The notes: generated by a model not told the origin, from the sequence alone. A stretch of DNA of 48,066 nt from an uncultured Candidatus Saccharibacteria bacterium (GCA_964355855.1 CAYHFD010000003.1:11487-59552); one strand, 5' to 3'. Shown: positions 33,505 to 44,097, numbered from the stretch's first letter. Numbers and translations are program-made.

Positions 33505-34242
33505 CTATCTAGCCGATACTGTTCCTCCCAAAAACACCCTCTCTAGCAGATCTCCCTGTGTAAGGTCACTGGGCTTCCCCTCCGCCGCCACCTCACCACG
33601 AGACAAAATATAGGCCCGGCTGGCAATACTTAGTAGAGATTTTAGATTGTGTTCCACCACCACAATGGCCATTTGCCGTCGATTATTTATTTCTTTAATC
33701 TTGGCAAAAACTTCTTTCACAATCTTGGGCGAGAGACCCAAAGACGGCTCGTCGAGGAGAAGCACCTTTGGGTCGGTCATCAAACCACGAGCGATTGCAA
33801 GCATCTGCTGCTGCCCACCGGACAAAGTACCGGACTTGGCTGAAAGTTTAGCTCGTAGAGCCGGAAAAATATCAATCACTTCTTCAATCCGCGACTTTAC
33901 GATGTTCTTTTCTTTTACTCGATAGGCACCGATTTCGAGATTTTCATAGACGGACAAGTGATGGAACACCCGTCGCCCCTGTGGTACAAAGGCCAGACCC
34001 CGCCCCACCATTTCATACGGCACCGGCTTTACTTCTTCCCCATGCCACCGTACCCGGCCAGCGGCGAGTGGTGCGAGGCCAAACATCGCCTTGAGCACAG
34101 TCGACTTCCCAGCGCCATTGGGCCCCAGGAGAGCCACAATCTCGTTTTCATCAACATAAATATCTACCCCCGCTAGAGCCTTTACTCCGCCGTAGGTGAC
34201 ATGAGTCTTTTCGAGTTGTAGTAGTTTTTCGGCAACTGTCAT
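33505..34242 (-). CDS. livF: Branched-chain amino acid-type ABC transporter ATP-binding protein (LivF-like)
   Basis: Walker A GPNGAGKST, signature LSGGQQQMLAIARGL, Walker B LLLDEPS. Confidence 0.9.
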   Translation of the reverse strand: MTVAEKLLQLEKTHVTYGGVKALAGVDIYVDENEIVALLGPNGAGKSTVLKAMFGLAPLAAGRVRWHGEEVKPVPYEMVGRGLAFVPQGRRVFHHLSVYENLEIGAYRVKEKNIVKSRIEEVIDIFPALRAKLSAKSGTLSGGQQQMLAIARGLMTDPKVLLLDEPSLGLSPKIVKEVFAKIKEINNRRQMAIVVVEHNLKSLLSIASRAYILSRGEVAAEGKPSDLTQGDLLERVFLGGTVSAR

Positions 34243-35357
34243 TATTTAACTTCAGTATAACCTTCGTCTGGGTTGACTGTATAGAGTTTGGCTTCGGCTT
34301 TATTGACCGTCGTGTTGTCTCCCGCTGTAAAATCAAGCTGTCCATCGGCGCTATTATACTTCACCTTCATAATGCCCTCGAGTAAATTGTCCGGGTTATT
34401 TTCTAGACCTTTAGCGATTGAACGCAAGGCTTCGTAGTGGTTCTGGGCTTCGAGAATTGGGTACACGCCATACTTATCTTCGAATTTACGAGCAAACTCT
34501 TCATTTGGCCGCCAGTCCATGAACCAAACATTTTTCACATATTCGCGGGGCATACCTTGTGCTTCAATACCATCAACAACGATAGTGGTAGCAAGCACCT
34601 TCTGCCGAAGACCAAGGTCGGTGTAGGCTTTAAATAAAGCTACTGGAGATGAAGATGTCACCAGTAGAGCATCAGCATCCGTTGCCTTTATTTTCAATAG
34701 TTCGGTACGATAAGTCGAAATGAAATCTGCTGTACATTCCTCCGAAAGAATCTTAATCCCTTTTTCAGTGGCTACTTGTCTGAATAATTGGCTATGGGCT
34801 TTACCCCAAGCGTCATTCCAGCAAAGGATAGAGGCTGTCTTGATATCGGGATTGATATTAAAAAACTTCTCGACTGCTGGGCGCTGACCTTCGACCGTGT
34901 GACCAACAGTAAAAAAATAAGGACTTGCCCCCTCCACGGCACGATTCATCACTGTTGGCGAAATAAGGACAATTTTGTTTTGATCAGCCAGCGGAATGAG
35001 GGGGTTAGTGATGAAAGACCAGACATCACCAATCACCACTTGGACTTTATCTATCGTCACTAATTTCTGAAAAGCGCTGACTGATTTAGCTGGGTTGGTC
35101 TCACTGTCTTCAAACACCAGCTCGAGTGGTCGACCCTTGATTCCCCCGTCCTCATTTATTTCCTCCGCCGCCATTTCCAAAGCTTTTTTACCGTAGTCAG
35201 TCCAAGCACTAGCCGAACCAGTCAGGCCATAGACCACGCCAATCTTGATCGGTTCACCGGTAGCAGGAACAGTCTTATTAGTCTGAAAATACCAGGCAAG
35301 GCCCAGGATAATAACAATAATTGCTACTCCGCCCCAGATTTTTTTATTTTTATCCAT
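34242..35357 (-). CDS. ABC substrate-binding protein, LivJ/Peripla_BP_6-like (paralog 7)
   Basis: N-terminal TM anchor, GEPIKIGVVYGLTGSAS..., INEDGGIKGRPLELVFEDSETNP. Confidence 0.85.
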   Translation of the reverse strand: MDKNKKIWGGVAIIVIILGLAWYFQTNKTVPATGEPIKIGVVYGLTGSASAWTDYGKKALEMAAEEINEDGGIKGRPLELVFEDSETNPAKSVSAFQKLVTIDKVQVVIGDVWSFITNPLIPLADQNKIVLISPTVMNRAVEGASPYFFTVGHTVEGQRPAVEKFFNINPDIKTASILCWNDAWGKAHSQLFRQVATEKGIKILSEECTADFISTYRTELLKIKATDADALLVTSSSPVALFKAYTDLGLRQKVLATTIVVDGIEAQGMPREYVKNVWFMDWRPNEEFARKFEDKYGVYPILEAQNHYEALRSIAKGLENNPDNLLEGIMKVKYNSADGQLDFTAGDNTTVNKAEAKLYTVNPDEGYTEVK

Positions 35358-35363
35358 AACTTA

Positions 35364-36488
35364 TTATTTAATACCTGTTAGCACGCCGTTCTTAATCACT
35401 TGCACTTTCACTGGGGTGTTGGCGCTAGCGTGGTCGGTAGTAAAACTAATTTTACCATTGATAGTTTTAAATTCAGTGGTCTCAAGATAAGTAGCCACCT
35501 GGTCGGTACTTTCGGCTTTAGCAATCGCTTCCGCTAAAACATAGACCGTATCATAGACCTTGTCGGCCGATTTAGCGGGACCGATACCATATTTCTTAGT
35601 GAAAACTTTTTCAAAGTCAGCACTGCTGGTCTCCCAGTTTAGGACCACCACTCCCTCCAGCAAAGTCTTGTCAACATCAGCATTCTGCAAAGCGTCTAAA
35701 ATGAGTACGTGGGTAATAATCGTCGGCGTGTAACCCAGTTCCTTCGAGCGCTGGAGAAAGTTCAAGGTGTCAATATCAAGCGCATCAATAAAAACAGTGT
35801 CGACACCAGCTGTTTTCAGCTTCAACACCGTGGTGCGAAAATCATTACCGCCCAAAGTGTTGTAACTTTCGTCGAGCACAGCTGGCTTCCCTAGACCCAC
35901 CATCACGGTGTTCAAGGTCTTGGCAATCTCGGCGCCGAACCCCGAGTTGTAGTGGACCACCGCCACTTTTTCCGCTTTGCTGTCTTTCAAGTAGCCCTCA
36001 AGGGTGGCCACAACTTTACTAAAGTCGGAAAGCATAACAAAGCTGTAGTCATTGAGGTCAAAACTGCCCGCAATACGAAAGTTGGTCGGTGAAATAAGGG
36101 CAATCTTTTTTGACAGGGCTAAAGGCATAAGCGGTTGGGTCGTAAAATCCCACAAACTGCCAATTACCCCTTCCACCTTGTCGACATCAACCAGTTTATT
36201 GAAAGCAGTCACGGCCTTGGTTGGGTCGGTCACATCGTCTTCAATAGTTATTTCTACTGGTCGGCCATCGATACCGCCATTATTATTTATTTCCTCTTCC
36301 GCTAGCACAAGCGCCTTTTGGGCGTATTCGCCAGTACCAGCCGCCACGCCTGTCATAGAAATGACCGCCCCAATCTTTATCGGTTCCCCTGTCGCCGGTG
36401 TCACTGCTTTATCTTTTTGGGCGTACCAAATCCCACCCAAGATGATAACGATGATTAGGACGACAATGGTGATGATTTTATTATTCAT
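35364..36488 (-). CDS. ABC substrate-binding protein, LivJ-like (paralog 6)
   Basis: MNNKIITIVVLIIVIILGGIWYA anchor, GEPIKIGAVISMTG, INNNGGIDGRPVEITIEDD. Confidence 0.85.
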   Translation of the reverse strand: MNNKIITIVVLIIVIILGGIWYAQKDKAVTPATGEPIKIGAVISMTGVAAGTGEYAQKALVLAEEEINNNGGIDGRPVEITIEDDVTDPTKAVTAFNKLVDVDKVEGVIGSLWDFTTQPLMPLALSKKIALISPTNFRIAGSFDLNDYSFVMLSDFSKVVATLEGYLKDSKAEKVAVVHYNSGFGAEIAKTLNTVMVGLGKPAVLDESYNTLGGNDFRTTVLKLKTAGVDTVFIDALDIDTLNFLQRSKELGYTPTIITHVLILDALQNADVDKTLLEGVVVLNWETSSADFEKVFTKKYGIGPAKSADKVYDTVYVLAEAIAKAESTDQVATYLETTEFKTINGKISFTTDHASANTPVKVQVIKNGVLTGIK

Positions 36489-37566
36489 ATTTTACAAATT
36501 GATTATCTTTTATTGTTTTTAAAATAAGCGGCAAAGCAAATTCATTACCTTCAATAGACCCGTACACACCAAGGGCTCCTTCAAAATCCTGAACCGAGGT
36601 AAGATATTTCATTATTGCTTCCGTCGAAGACCGTTCTCTTTCTGAAGCCTGGCTTAACATTAGAATGGCATCATACATATGAGCCGACCCTGGTCCGGGC
36701 GCCTTTTTATACACTTCCGTATATTTATTAGCAAACCATAGCTCTGGGTCAGCGGCTTGAGTATAGACCACGCCATCGAGAGCCCCTTGGGCAGAAGTTA
36801 GAGTTTCTTCACCCTCAATAAAATTGAAACCGACAAAGTCTCCTGTGTATCCCAAAGTCTTGGCCTGACGAGCAAATTCGCCGGCCCTACCCGGCAAGAG
36901 GCCAACAACTATCACTTGGGGCTTCTGGGCTAAAATCTTGGCAATAGATGTCCTAAAATCTTTAGTGTCGGGAGCGACTTGTTCCGTGGCTACTTCCTTA
37001 GCAGAAAAGCCCGCTGTCAATTTTAGACTATTGTAAGCCGCTTGAATGCCGTCGTGGACAGCAACAACTGAAGCAATTTTCTCGTATTCTTTATCATTTA
37101 AAAATTCCCCGATTTTCTTTCCTTCTTCCGCCGTTGAGATTTCTAAACGAACAACATTTTCTCTATCTTTTTGAACTGGCGCCGAGGCAATAGCGATGAG
37201 CGGAATATCAAGCTCATCCGCGAGTGGTGCCAAAGCCGAACACGGGCTTGATGTAAAGCAAACGACCAGATTTATCTTGTCGACAGAAACTAATTTATTA
37301 AACGCCGACACTGACTTTATTGGATCAAAAGCATCATCTTCGATCAGAAGTTTAATATCCTTTTTCTCTTTTTCTGACAGACCATCGTAGGCAAGCATGG
37401 CACCATTTTTAGCATTTTCTCCGAGAGAAGCCACTTCGCCAGACAAAGGTAAAATGAGACCTACTTTATAAACATTACCGGTCTCTTTGTCTCCGTTTGC
37501 ATACCAAATCCCGCCCAAGATGATGACGATGACTAAAACGACGATGGTGATGATTTTGTTGTTCAT
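36481..37566 (-). CDS. ABC substrate-binding protein, LivJ-like (paralog 5, more divergent)
   Basis: The anchor matches paralog 6 at 22 of the first 23 residues. YKVGLILPLSGEVASLG. Its stop overlaps the next gene's start by 8 nt. Confidence 0.8.
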   Translation of the reverse strand: MNNKIITIVVLVIVIILGGIWYANGDKETGNVYKVGLILPLSGEVASLGENAKNGAMLAYDGLSEKEKKDIKLLIEDDAFDPIKSVSAFNKLVSVDKINLVVCFTSSPCSALAPLADELDIPLIAIASAPVQKDRENVVRLEISTAEEGKKIGEFLNDKEYEKIASVVAVHDGIQAAYNSLKLTAGFSAKEVATEQVAPDTKDFRTSIAKILAQKPQVIVVGLLPGRAGEFARQAKTLGYTGDFVGFNFIEGEETLTSAQGALDGVVYTQAADPELWFANKYTEVYKKAPGPGSAHMYDAILMLSQASERERSSTEAIMKYLTSVQDFEGALGVYGSIEGNEFALPLILKTIKDNQFVKYE

Positions 37567-37597
37567 ATTTGTTTATTATTTAAAATTTTTATTTTTC

Positions 37598-37640
37598 GTG
37601 CTTGTTTCGAATTTCGGGTTTCGTGCTTCGTGCTTATTCC
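37598..37640. repeat. Intergenic copy of the gtgcttgtttcgaatttcgg short-repeat family
   Basis: Lies between the livG stop and the next SBP gene. Near-identical to 33079-33120. Confidence 0.7.
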
Positions 37641-38362
37641 CCTAGATATGCTTCCACCACTTCTCGCTTTGAAAGCACTTCATATGGTTTGCCAGCCGCA
37701 AGCAGTTCCCCAGCATCAAGCACCACCACCGTATCGGACAACTCACGAATGAGGTCCATATTATGCTCAATCAATACTACTGTTTTCCCAGCCATTTTCA
37801 ACTCCCTTAGCACCCCCGAGACAATCTTGACCATCTCGGTAAAAAGACCAGCAAAAGGCTCGTCAAAGAAGTAAATGTCGGCTGGCATTGCCAGCGCCCG
37901 AGCGACTTCCAATAATTTTCGTTGGCCGTAGGACAGATTGACCGCGAGCGCGTCGCGCTTGTCCCACAGCCCAATCTGTCGTAGCAAGCGCTCGGCCTCG
38001 TCGAGGTGAAATTTTTTATGCCGCTCGAAAAAAGCCGAGAAAATATTCCGCTCGGTGAGAACCACCAACAGGTTGTCGAGCACTGTCATCTGCTCGAACA
38101 GCCGCACATCCTGAAAAGTCCGAGTGATACCGTACTCGGCCACATCGTAGGCCTGAAGCCGGTCGAGCTTCAGCTTGTCGCCAATATAGACCGCCCCGTC
38201 ATCAAAGGGCATCACGCCGGTAAGAAGGTTCACCAAGGTCGACTTGCCCGAGCCATTGGGACCGATAATACCGGTGATTTGCCCCGGCGCGAAATCAAGT
38301 GACAGATTATGCACCGCCTTCACCCCGTCAAAATGTTTTTTTAGATTTTTAGTGGAAAGCAT
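37634..38362 (-). CDS. livG: Branched-chain amino acid-type ABC transporter ATP-binding protein (LivG-like)
   Basis: GIIGPNGSGKSTL, LSYGQRKLLEVARAL, YFFDEPFAG. Confidence 0.9.
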   Translation of the reverse strand: MLSTKNLKKHFDGVKAVHNLSLDFAPGQITGIIGPNGSGKSTLVNLLTGVMPFDDGAVYIGDKLKLDRLQAYDVAEYGITRTFQDVRLFEQMTVLDNLLVVLTERNIFSAFFERHKKFHLDEAERLLRQIGLWDKRDALAVNLSYGQRKLLEVARALAMPADIYFFDEPFAGLFTEMVKIVSGVLRELKMAGKTVVLIEHNMDLIRELSDTVVVLDAGELLAAGKPYEVLSKREVVEAYLGE

Positions 38363-39517
38363 TTATTTTTCCAGCTTAACAAATTGAGTGTTTTTTACGA
38401 CTTGAACATTGAAGTTGGTAACAGTATCGCCATCAAGATCGAACGTAATGTCGCCCGAAACTCCCTTGTAATTTTGCACCTTGGAAATATTGTCCTTGAG
38501 GCATTCACCGTCTGTGTCTACACCGCATTCCTGCTGGGCTGTGGCAATAATGTTTAACGCGTCAAAAGCTCTGGCACTATAAAGCTGCTGTGGCCCAGGG
38601 TTTTTCTTGTATTTTTCCAAATAACTAGACACGAAGCTTTTTACCTGACGATTAGCTCGGTTAGAAAAGTCTGGGGTAGAGGTAATAACAATCAATCCTT
38701 CGGCCGCGTTACCACTGGTGTTAAAGAACGAATCACCGCCAATGATCGCGCCTGCGGCTACAAATTTTTTAACCATACCCATTTCTTTACTCTGTTTTAA
38801 AATCAGCGCTCCCTCTTTGGGATATGACACCAGATAAACAAGTTCGGTCGAATCTTCCTGAAGTTTGGTTAGTTGGGTTCGAAAATCTGAGCCATTTGAC
38901 GCGAACAAATCTACTGTCGAGACAGTACCACCCAACTTTTGAAATTCTTCTTTAAAAAGATTAGCGACGCTTTCGCCATAATCGTTATTAATCCTAAGAA
39001 TAGCTATCTGGGATTGTTTAAGTTCGTTAAAAACAAAATTGGCAGTGTATTTAGCTTCGTCGGCCGAGGTCGGAAAATTACGAAACGTAAAATCATTTGG
39101 GGTACTGTAACTCGCCGCGGCTGTGGCCACACCGAATTGAACCACCTTGTCCTGATTAACAATCGGGGTCAAAGCTACACCGACACCCGAACCCCAAGTT
39201 ATAACAGATTGAATATTATATTTTTCCCTTAGACTTCGATAAGAAGAAATAGCTTTATTTGTATCACCTTGACTATCCTCGTAAACAACTTCGACTTTTA
39301 TTTTATGTTTTTTATTAATTTCAGTCTGCGCCAGCTCTAGTCCTTGTCTCACCCATTCCCCTTGCTCTGCATTATTGCCACTCAAAGGTAAAATAGCGCC
39401 AATTTTAAAAGATTCACTAAGACTGGGCTCTTTTTTGCTATCCCGAAACCACCAAATACCGCCGAAAATAACGATGATTCCGACAAGGCCGATAAGAGTT
39501 TGCTTGGACATAGGCAA
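38363..39517 (-). CDS. ABC substrate-binding protein, LivJ-like (paralog 4)
   Basis: TM anchor, FKIGAILPLSGNNAEQGE. Abuts the livG start. Confidence 0.8.
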   Translation of the reverse strand: MPMSKQTLIGLVGIIVIFGGIWWFRDSKKEPSLSESFKIGAILPLSGNNAEQGEWVRQGLELAQTEINKKHKIKVEVVYEDSQGDTNKAISSYRSLREKYNIQSVITWGSGVGVALTPIVNQDKVVQFGVATAAASYSTPNDFTFRNFPTSADEAKYTANFVFNELKQSQIAILRINNDYGESVANLFKEEFQKLGGTVSTVDLFASNGSDFRTQLTKLQEDSTELVYLVSYPKEGALILKQSKEMGMVKKFVAAGAIIGGDSFFNTSGNAAEGLIVITSTPDFSNRANRQVKSFVSSYLEKYKKNPGPQQLYSARAFDALNIIATAQQECGVDTDGECLKDNISKVQNYKGVSGDITFDLDGDTVTNFNVQVVKNTQFVKLEK

Positions 39518-39638
39518 AATGACTTAAATTATATAAATCCTAAAACCGCAAAAAAACCGCGGTTCGGACGGCGCCAAGCCAAGCTTGGTGCTTAATCTTA
39601 AGTATGTCATTTTTGCCCGCTTTGGCAATGGTCGCTTT

Positions 39639-40787
39639 TTAGTCCACTGGAACGTATTTTCCAGCTCTGACGGTCTTCATTATGAAAGTATTTTCTGGTG
39701 TCTCCACAAAACCCTGCCCATCAAAAACTATTTTGGGTAAACCAGTACCGCTAATTTTGACCTTTAAAATTGCTTTCTGTAATTTTTCTCCTCCCTGACC
39801 ACTGGTCTCTTTGAGAGCCACCGCAATCACCCGCCCCGCGTCATAGGCGGTCGCCGCCGAGGGGAATTCCGGACGGTGGCCAAAACGCTTGGCATATCGC
39901 TGCGCAAATGCTTCATATTTTTCAGTCTCGCGCGGTGTCGAAAAATAAATATTTTCCATATCACGCGGACAGTTGCGAAGAGCAATATTATTACCAGCCG
40001 CTTCGGTCGAAAGCAGGGGTATATTTATACCCATTTCACGCATTTGTTTTAAAACTGTACATTGGTTATAATCACCCACCACCATAAATAAGGCGTCCGG
40101 GTTTTTAGTTTTAATTTTAGTAAGTGGCGTACGAAAATCTGTCAGTAACGGATTACCAAGATCAACATCTTTAACTATTTCAACTCCATATTTGGCGGCC
40201 TCGTTAGTAAAATAAGTGGCGGTAAACTGCCAAAAACCGGCCCCGAGCGGGCGCATAATCGCTATTTTCTTATAACCCTTGGCCTGGGCATAACCCAAAA
40301 GTTCTTCAATCCCAACCCGGTTGTCATACCAAGTCGAGAAAAAGTAATCAAAGTTAGTTTTTGATTCTAGGTCGTTGGTATTATCAGCCCCAATCATTGG
40401 CACTTTGGCTTTCTCGGTAACCGGTAAAATAGCAAAAGCTGGTTCGTCCCATTGTGGACCGACAATGGCCACCACCTTGTCCACACTAACCAATTTTTGA
40501 GCCACCGCTGGGGCCACCTTTAGTTTGTCGATTGAAACATCCTCTTTAATTAAAACCAGTGGTCGCCCCGCTATACCACCCAAAGCATTTATTTCCTCAA
40601 TCGCTAATTGAGCGCCATTGGACTCTTCTACCCCTACCGCCACCCCTATTCCCGTAAGAGCCGAGATGCTACCAATTTTGATTGGTTCATTTTCAGCTGG
40701 TGGATTTTTGTTGGTCTGAAAAAGACCAAAGGTTATCACCCCCACCACCACAACAACAATGATTATTAAGTTTTTTGGGCTATTCAT
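39639..40787 (-). CDS. ABC substrate-binding protein, LivJ-like (paralog 3)
   Basis: TM anchor, EPIKIGSISALTGIGVAVG, INALGGIAGRPLVLIKED. Confidence 0.85.
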   Translation of the reverse strand: MNSPKNLIIIVVVVVGVITFGLFQTNKNPPAENEPIKIGSISALTGIGVAVGVEESNGAQLAIEEINALGGIAGRPLVLIKEDVSIDKLKVAPAVAQKLVSVDKVVAIVGPQWDEPAFAILPVTEKAKVPMIGADNTNDLESKTNFDYFFSTWYDNRVGIEELLGYAQAKGYKKIAIMRPLGAGFWQFTATYFTNEAAKYGVEIVKDVDLGNPLLTDFRTPLTKIKTKNPDALFMVVGDYNQCTVLKQMREMGINIPLLSTEAAGNNIALRNCPRDMENIYFSTPRETEKYEAFAQRYAKRFGHRPEFPSAATAYDAGRVIAVALKETSGQGGEKLQKAILKVKISGTGLPKIVFDGQGFVETPENTFIMKTVRAGKYVPVD

Positions 40788-40862
40788 AAGTAATACTGAT
40801 TAATTTTGACTGGATTTGCCTAAATCTATAACTTAATATATAATGTCGTCAAACTCTCCTGT

Positions 40863-41618
40863 ATGGGAGAGCAATATATGGAAGAATTAAATAATCTTAA
40901 AAACTTTGGCCTGGCCGACAATGATATCTTTGTCTATCGAGCTTTACTGACCCTCGGCCCCTCGAAAACTGGTCCGATTATTCGTCGCTCCGGCGTGGGT
41001 AGCTCGCGCACCTACGAGTCGCTCGCTCGCCTTTCGGCCAAGGGCCTAGTTTCCTACGAAGTCAGTAATAACGTCCGTTTCTACCGGGCCGAGCCACCCA
41101 CCGAGCTGTTAAAAGAATCGGTCCAAAACCTAGCCGAATTGAGTAAACTAGAAAAAGCGGTCAAGCAAACAGTTATCGAAAAAGTATCACGAAATTTTAT
41201 CAATACCTACACTGGCAAGAAGGCTTTCCGGATGGCTTTTTTGCAAAATGTCGAGTCTTTGCGCCGGGGTGAAACTATTTCCGTCATCGCCTATGGCAAG
41301 CAGGCCGGTCGCTCGCGTGAACTACGCAGTTTTTTAAAAAGTCTTGATGGCTTAATGGCCAGCAAAAAATGCAAAATGAGAATGATTTTGGAAAAAGGAA
41401 TGCGGTCTATTTTAGAAAGTGACCGTCACTACAAGGCCTATATTACCCGCTACCTGCCCCAAGGCTATTTCGGACCGATGGCGGTAAACATTTCCGGCGA
41501 ACAGGTTATGTTGTCGACCTGGGGCGAAGAACCAATCGCCATTGTGATAAAAAATCCGGTCATCGTCAAAAGCTACGCCAACAACTTCGAATTTTTGTGG
41601 GAAATAGCAAAACCGTAA
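40863..41618 (+). CDS. TrmB-family transcriptional regulator
   Basis: N-terminal wHTH LGLADNDIFVYRALLTLGPSKTGPIIRRSGVGSSRTYESLARLSAKGLV. Divergent from the SBP gene at 40787. Confidence 0.75.
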   Translation: MGEQYMEELNNLKNFGLADNDIFVYRALLTLGPSKTGPIIRRSGVGSSRTYESLARLSAKGLVSYEVSNNVRFYRAEPPTELLKESVQNLAELSKLEKAVKQTVIEKVSRNFINTYTGKKAFRMAFLQNVESLRRGETISVIAYGKQAGRSRELRSFLKSLDGLMASKKCKMRMILEKGMRSILESDRHYKAYITRYLPQGYFGPMAVNISGEQVMLSTWGEEPIAIVIKNPVIVKSYANNFEFLWEIAKP

Positions 41619-41636
41619 TATCAAAAAATATTACGA

Positions 41637-42248
41637 TTAAATAAAGTATTTTTTAAGACAGACTGGTTTGCCCTGCGCCAGGGCCTTATCGATTGTATCT
41701 TGAACTCCCCCGCTATCGTTCACTTGAAAGCCTACAATAGCATCAGAAACATTTACCACTTCGGTATTTCGTTCGTAATACGTTTTTGGATCGACCGCCG
41801 CATTATGCGGATTTTCAGTGAGAGCTTCGGGATTAATATTTTTTAAATTCACTAATTGTGAGATAAGTACTTCGGCCTGCTCGGGAGTAATAACCCCTTC
41901 TCCAGCACGTTTGCGGTAATGAGACGAATACAAGTCTAAGACAACCGGGATAAATATTTTTATCTTATCGCCGTTTGGATTTAGTTTAATGGCTTCATCG
42001 GTGGCGAAATAGTCGACATTTAAGGCGCCACCGGAAACTATTCCGTCTCCTCTTTCCATTATTTGTTTTACGGCTGATCTGACAGATTCCTCGACTTCTT
42101 TACTGGTATCGCGCCAACTACCGGATATGCCAAACCACAAAGTACCCTTTTCCTTTTTAAGATCAGCTAAGATACCGAACAAAGAGGCGAGATCTTCTAC
42201 AATAAATTTCTTTTCTTGTTCTGGTGTTTTTTCCATAGGAAAACTCAT
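41637..42248 (-). CDS. SLOG-superfamily (DprA/LOG/DUF2493-like) Rossmannoid protein
   Basis: GISGSWR...GDGIVSGGALNVDYFATDEA and C-terminal DSGGVQDTIDKALAQGKPV follow the Gly-rich SLOG pattern. The start overlaps the livM stop (ATGA, 42245-42248). Confidence 0.5.
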   Translation of the reverse strand: MSFPMEKTPEQEKKFIVEDLASLFGILADLKKEKGTLWFGISGSWRDTSKEVEESVRSAVKQIMERGDGIVSGGALNVDYFATDEAIKLNPNGDKIKIFIPVVLDLYSSHYRKRAGEGVITPEQAEVLISQLVNLKNINPEALTENPHNAAVDPKTYYERNTEVVNVSDAIVGFQVNDSGGVQDTIDKALAQGKPVCLKKYFI

Positions 42249-43111
42249 AATTTATACTCCCCCACCAAACCCTGCGGGCGATACAACATCAGTATTACTA
42301 AAAGCAAACCATACACCACCTGGCGCATTTGAGCGGCGATGTCAGAGGGAAAACCGACAAAACGCAAAGCCTCGGGCAAAAGAATCAGGAAGAAGGCGCC
42401 CAGCACCGCGCCTTTGTTGTTGGCGAGGCCCCCGAGAATAATAATCGACAAAATAAAGATTGACTCTGGCAAGCCAAAGGTCGAGGGGTCAATAAAAGTA
42501 ATATAGACCGCAAAAAGGACGCCAGCCACCGCCGCCATCATCGCCCCCAAGGTGAAAATGACCAATTTGTAGTAAGCGGTACGATAACCAAAAACTTGAA
42601 TAGCCTCCTCGTCTTCCCGAATTGCTTTCAGCACCCGACCAAATGATGAGGAGGTAATAAATTGAGCGCATAAATAAGTAAGCAAAGCCAAAACAGCCAC
42701 TAGACCAAGGAAGGTAGTGTTGTCTGAAAACGACAAGCCAAATATTTCCGGCCGGGGAATACCCGGGATACCCAAAGGGCCACGGGTCACGCTTTGCCAG
42801 TTTAAGAAAATACTAAAAACAATAATATTAAAACCAAAAGAACCGAGCGCATAATAGTCGCCACCAAAACGCGACAACACTAGGCCGATGAGAAAACTAA
42901 CCACCCCGGTCACCAATACAGCGATGACCAGAGCGGGCAGGAAGGAAAAGCCATAAGTAGTAAGTAGTATCGCCGCCGTGTAAGCACCAACGCCATAAAA
43001 AGCCGCATGAGTGACAGAGAGTAAGCCACTGTAACCAACGACCAAGTTGAGTGACACACCAAGTATGGCGTAGATACCGACTAAAATTGCTAGATGAATG
43101 AAATATTCCAT
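42245..43111 (-). CDS. livM: Branched-chain amino acid-type ABC permease (LivM-like)
   Basis: LNLVVGYSGLLSVTHAAFYGVGAYTAA. 288 aa, polytopic. Confidence 0.9.
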   Translation of the reverse strand: MEYFIHLAILVGIYAILGVSLNLVVGYSGLLSVTHAAFYGVGAYTAAILLTTYGFSFLPALVIAVLVTGVVSFLIGLVLSRFGGDYYALGSFGFNIIVFSIFLNWQSVTRGPLGIPGIPRPEIFGLSFSDNTTFLGLVAVLALLTYLCAQFITSSSFGRVLKAIREDEEAIQVFGYRTAYYKLVIFTLGAMMAAVAGVLFAVYITFIDPSTFGLPESIFILSIIILGGLANNKGAVLGAFFLILLPEALRFVGFPSDIAAQMRQVVYGLLLVILMLYRPQGLVGEYKL

Positions 43112-43114
43112 CTT

Positions 43115-43999
43115 TTATTTTTTAAAAATTCCCTGGGGTCTAAACAGTAAAAAAATAATCAGCAAGGCGAACGCGATGGCATCTTTCCACTCCCCCGAGA
43201 TTTTCCAAATACCAAAATTTTCAACAAAACCCAGCAGAAACGCGCCCAACACTCCCCCGTAAACATTGCCAATACCGCCAACAATGGCGGCAATCACACC
43301 CTTCAACAGAAGTGACAAACCCATCGTCGGTTCGATACCGGTATCCAACCCCACCAAAATACCAGCGAGGCCGGCAATGGCCGAACCAATAAAGAAAACG
43401 GCCATTACTATCTTGTCGGTATTAATACCAACGATTTTAGCCACTTCTTCATCGTCGGCTACCGCTTTCATGGCTTTGCCAAATTTGGTGTACTTTAAAA
43501 AAAGCGCGAGCAAAACCATAATAGTGAGGCCGGTGGCCAAAATACTAGCCTGGACATAGGTAATAACCGCCGTTGAAGTAAAGCCGGGCACGGCAATTTC
43601 TAACACCCGACTAGCGCCACCACCGCGGGTGAGAGTTTGAAACTGGCTAGTAAAAATCATGGCAATAATCGCCTGCAAGGCCGTAAAAAAACCAAGCGAA
43701 GCTACTAACATCACCATGGAAGAAGATCGACGTTTACGCAGAGGAAAATAAATAAGCCGTTCGGCCACTACGCCAATCACCCCGGCGATTATTACCCCAA
43801 TCACGATACTTGGTAAAAGCGGTAAACCCAAGGTTTTAGCCAACCAAAACACACTGTACCCGCCAACAACCGTGAGCGCGCCGTAGCCCAAGTCAAAAAA
43901 CTTGACCGTGCCATAAATCAGATTAAAACCCAGAGCAACCATCGTATAGATTGCTCCGGCAATAATTGAGTTGGCAACTAGTTGGGGAAGGATGTCCAC
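43115..43999 (-). CDS. livH: Branched-chain amino acid-type ABC permease (LivH-like)
   Basis: GTG start. LPQLVANSIIAGAIYTMVALGFNLIYGT. 294 aa. Confidence 0.9.
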   Translation of the reverse strand: MDILPQLVANSIIAGAIYTMVALGFNLIYGTVKFFDLGYGALTVVGGYSVFWLAKTLGLPLLPSIVIGVIIAGVIGVVAERLIYFPLRKRRSSSMVMLVASLGFFTALQAIIAMIFTSQFQTLTRGGGASRVLEIAVPGFTSTAVITYVQASILATGLTIMVLLALFLKYTKFGKAMKAVADDEEVAKIVGINTDKIVMAVFFIGSAIAGLAGILVGLDTGIEPTMGLSLLLKGVIAAIVGGIGNVYGGVLGAFLLGFVENFGIWKISGEWKDAIAFALLIIFLLFRPQGIFKK

Positions 44000-44097
44000 A
44001 GAGGGCGAAATTAAGAATTATGATTTAGGAAGAAAGACAAGAAAATCTTTTGGCACAACATTTTTTAATGGTAACAAACGCCGAATACCTAAGCAAC

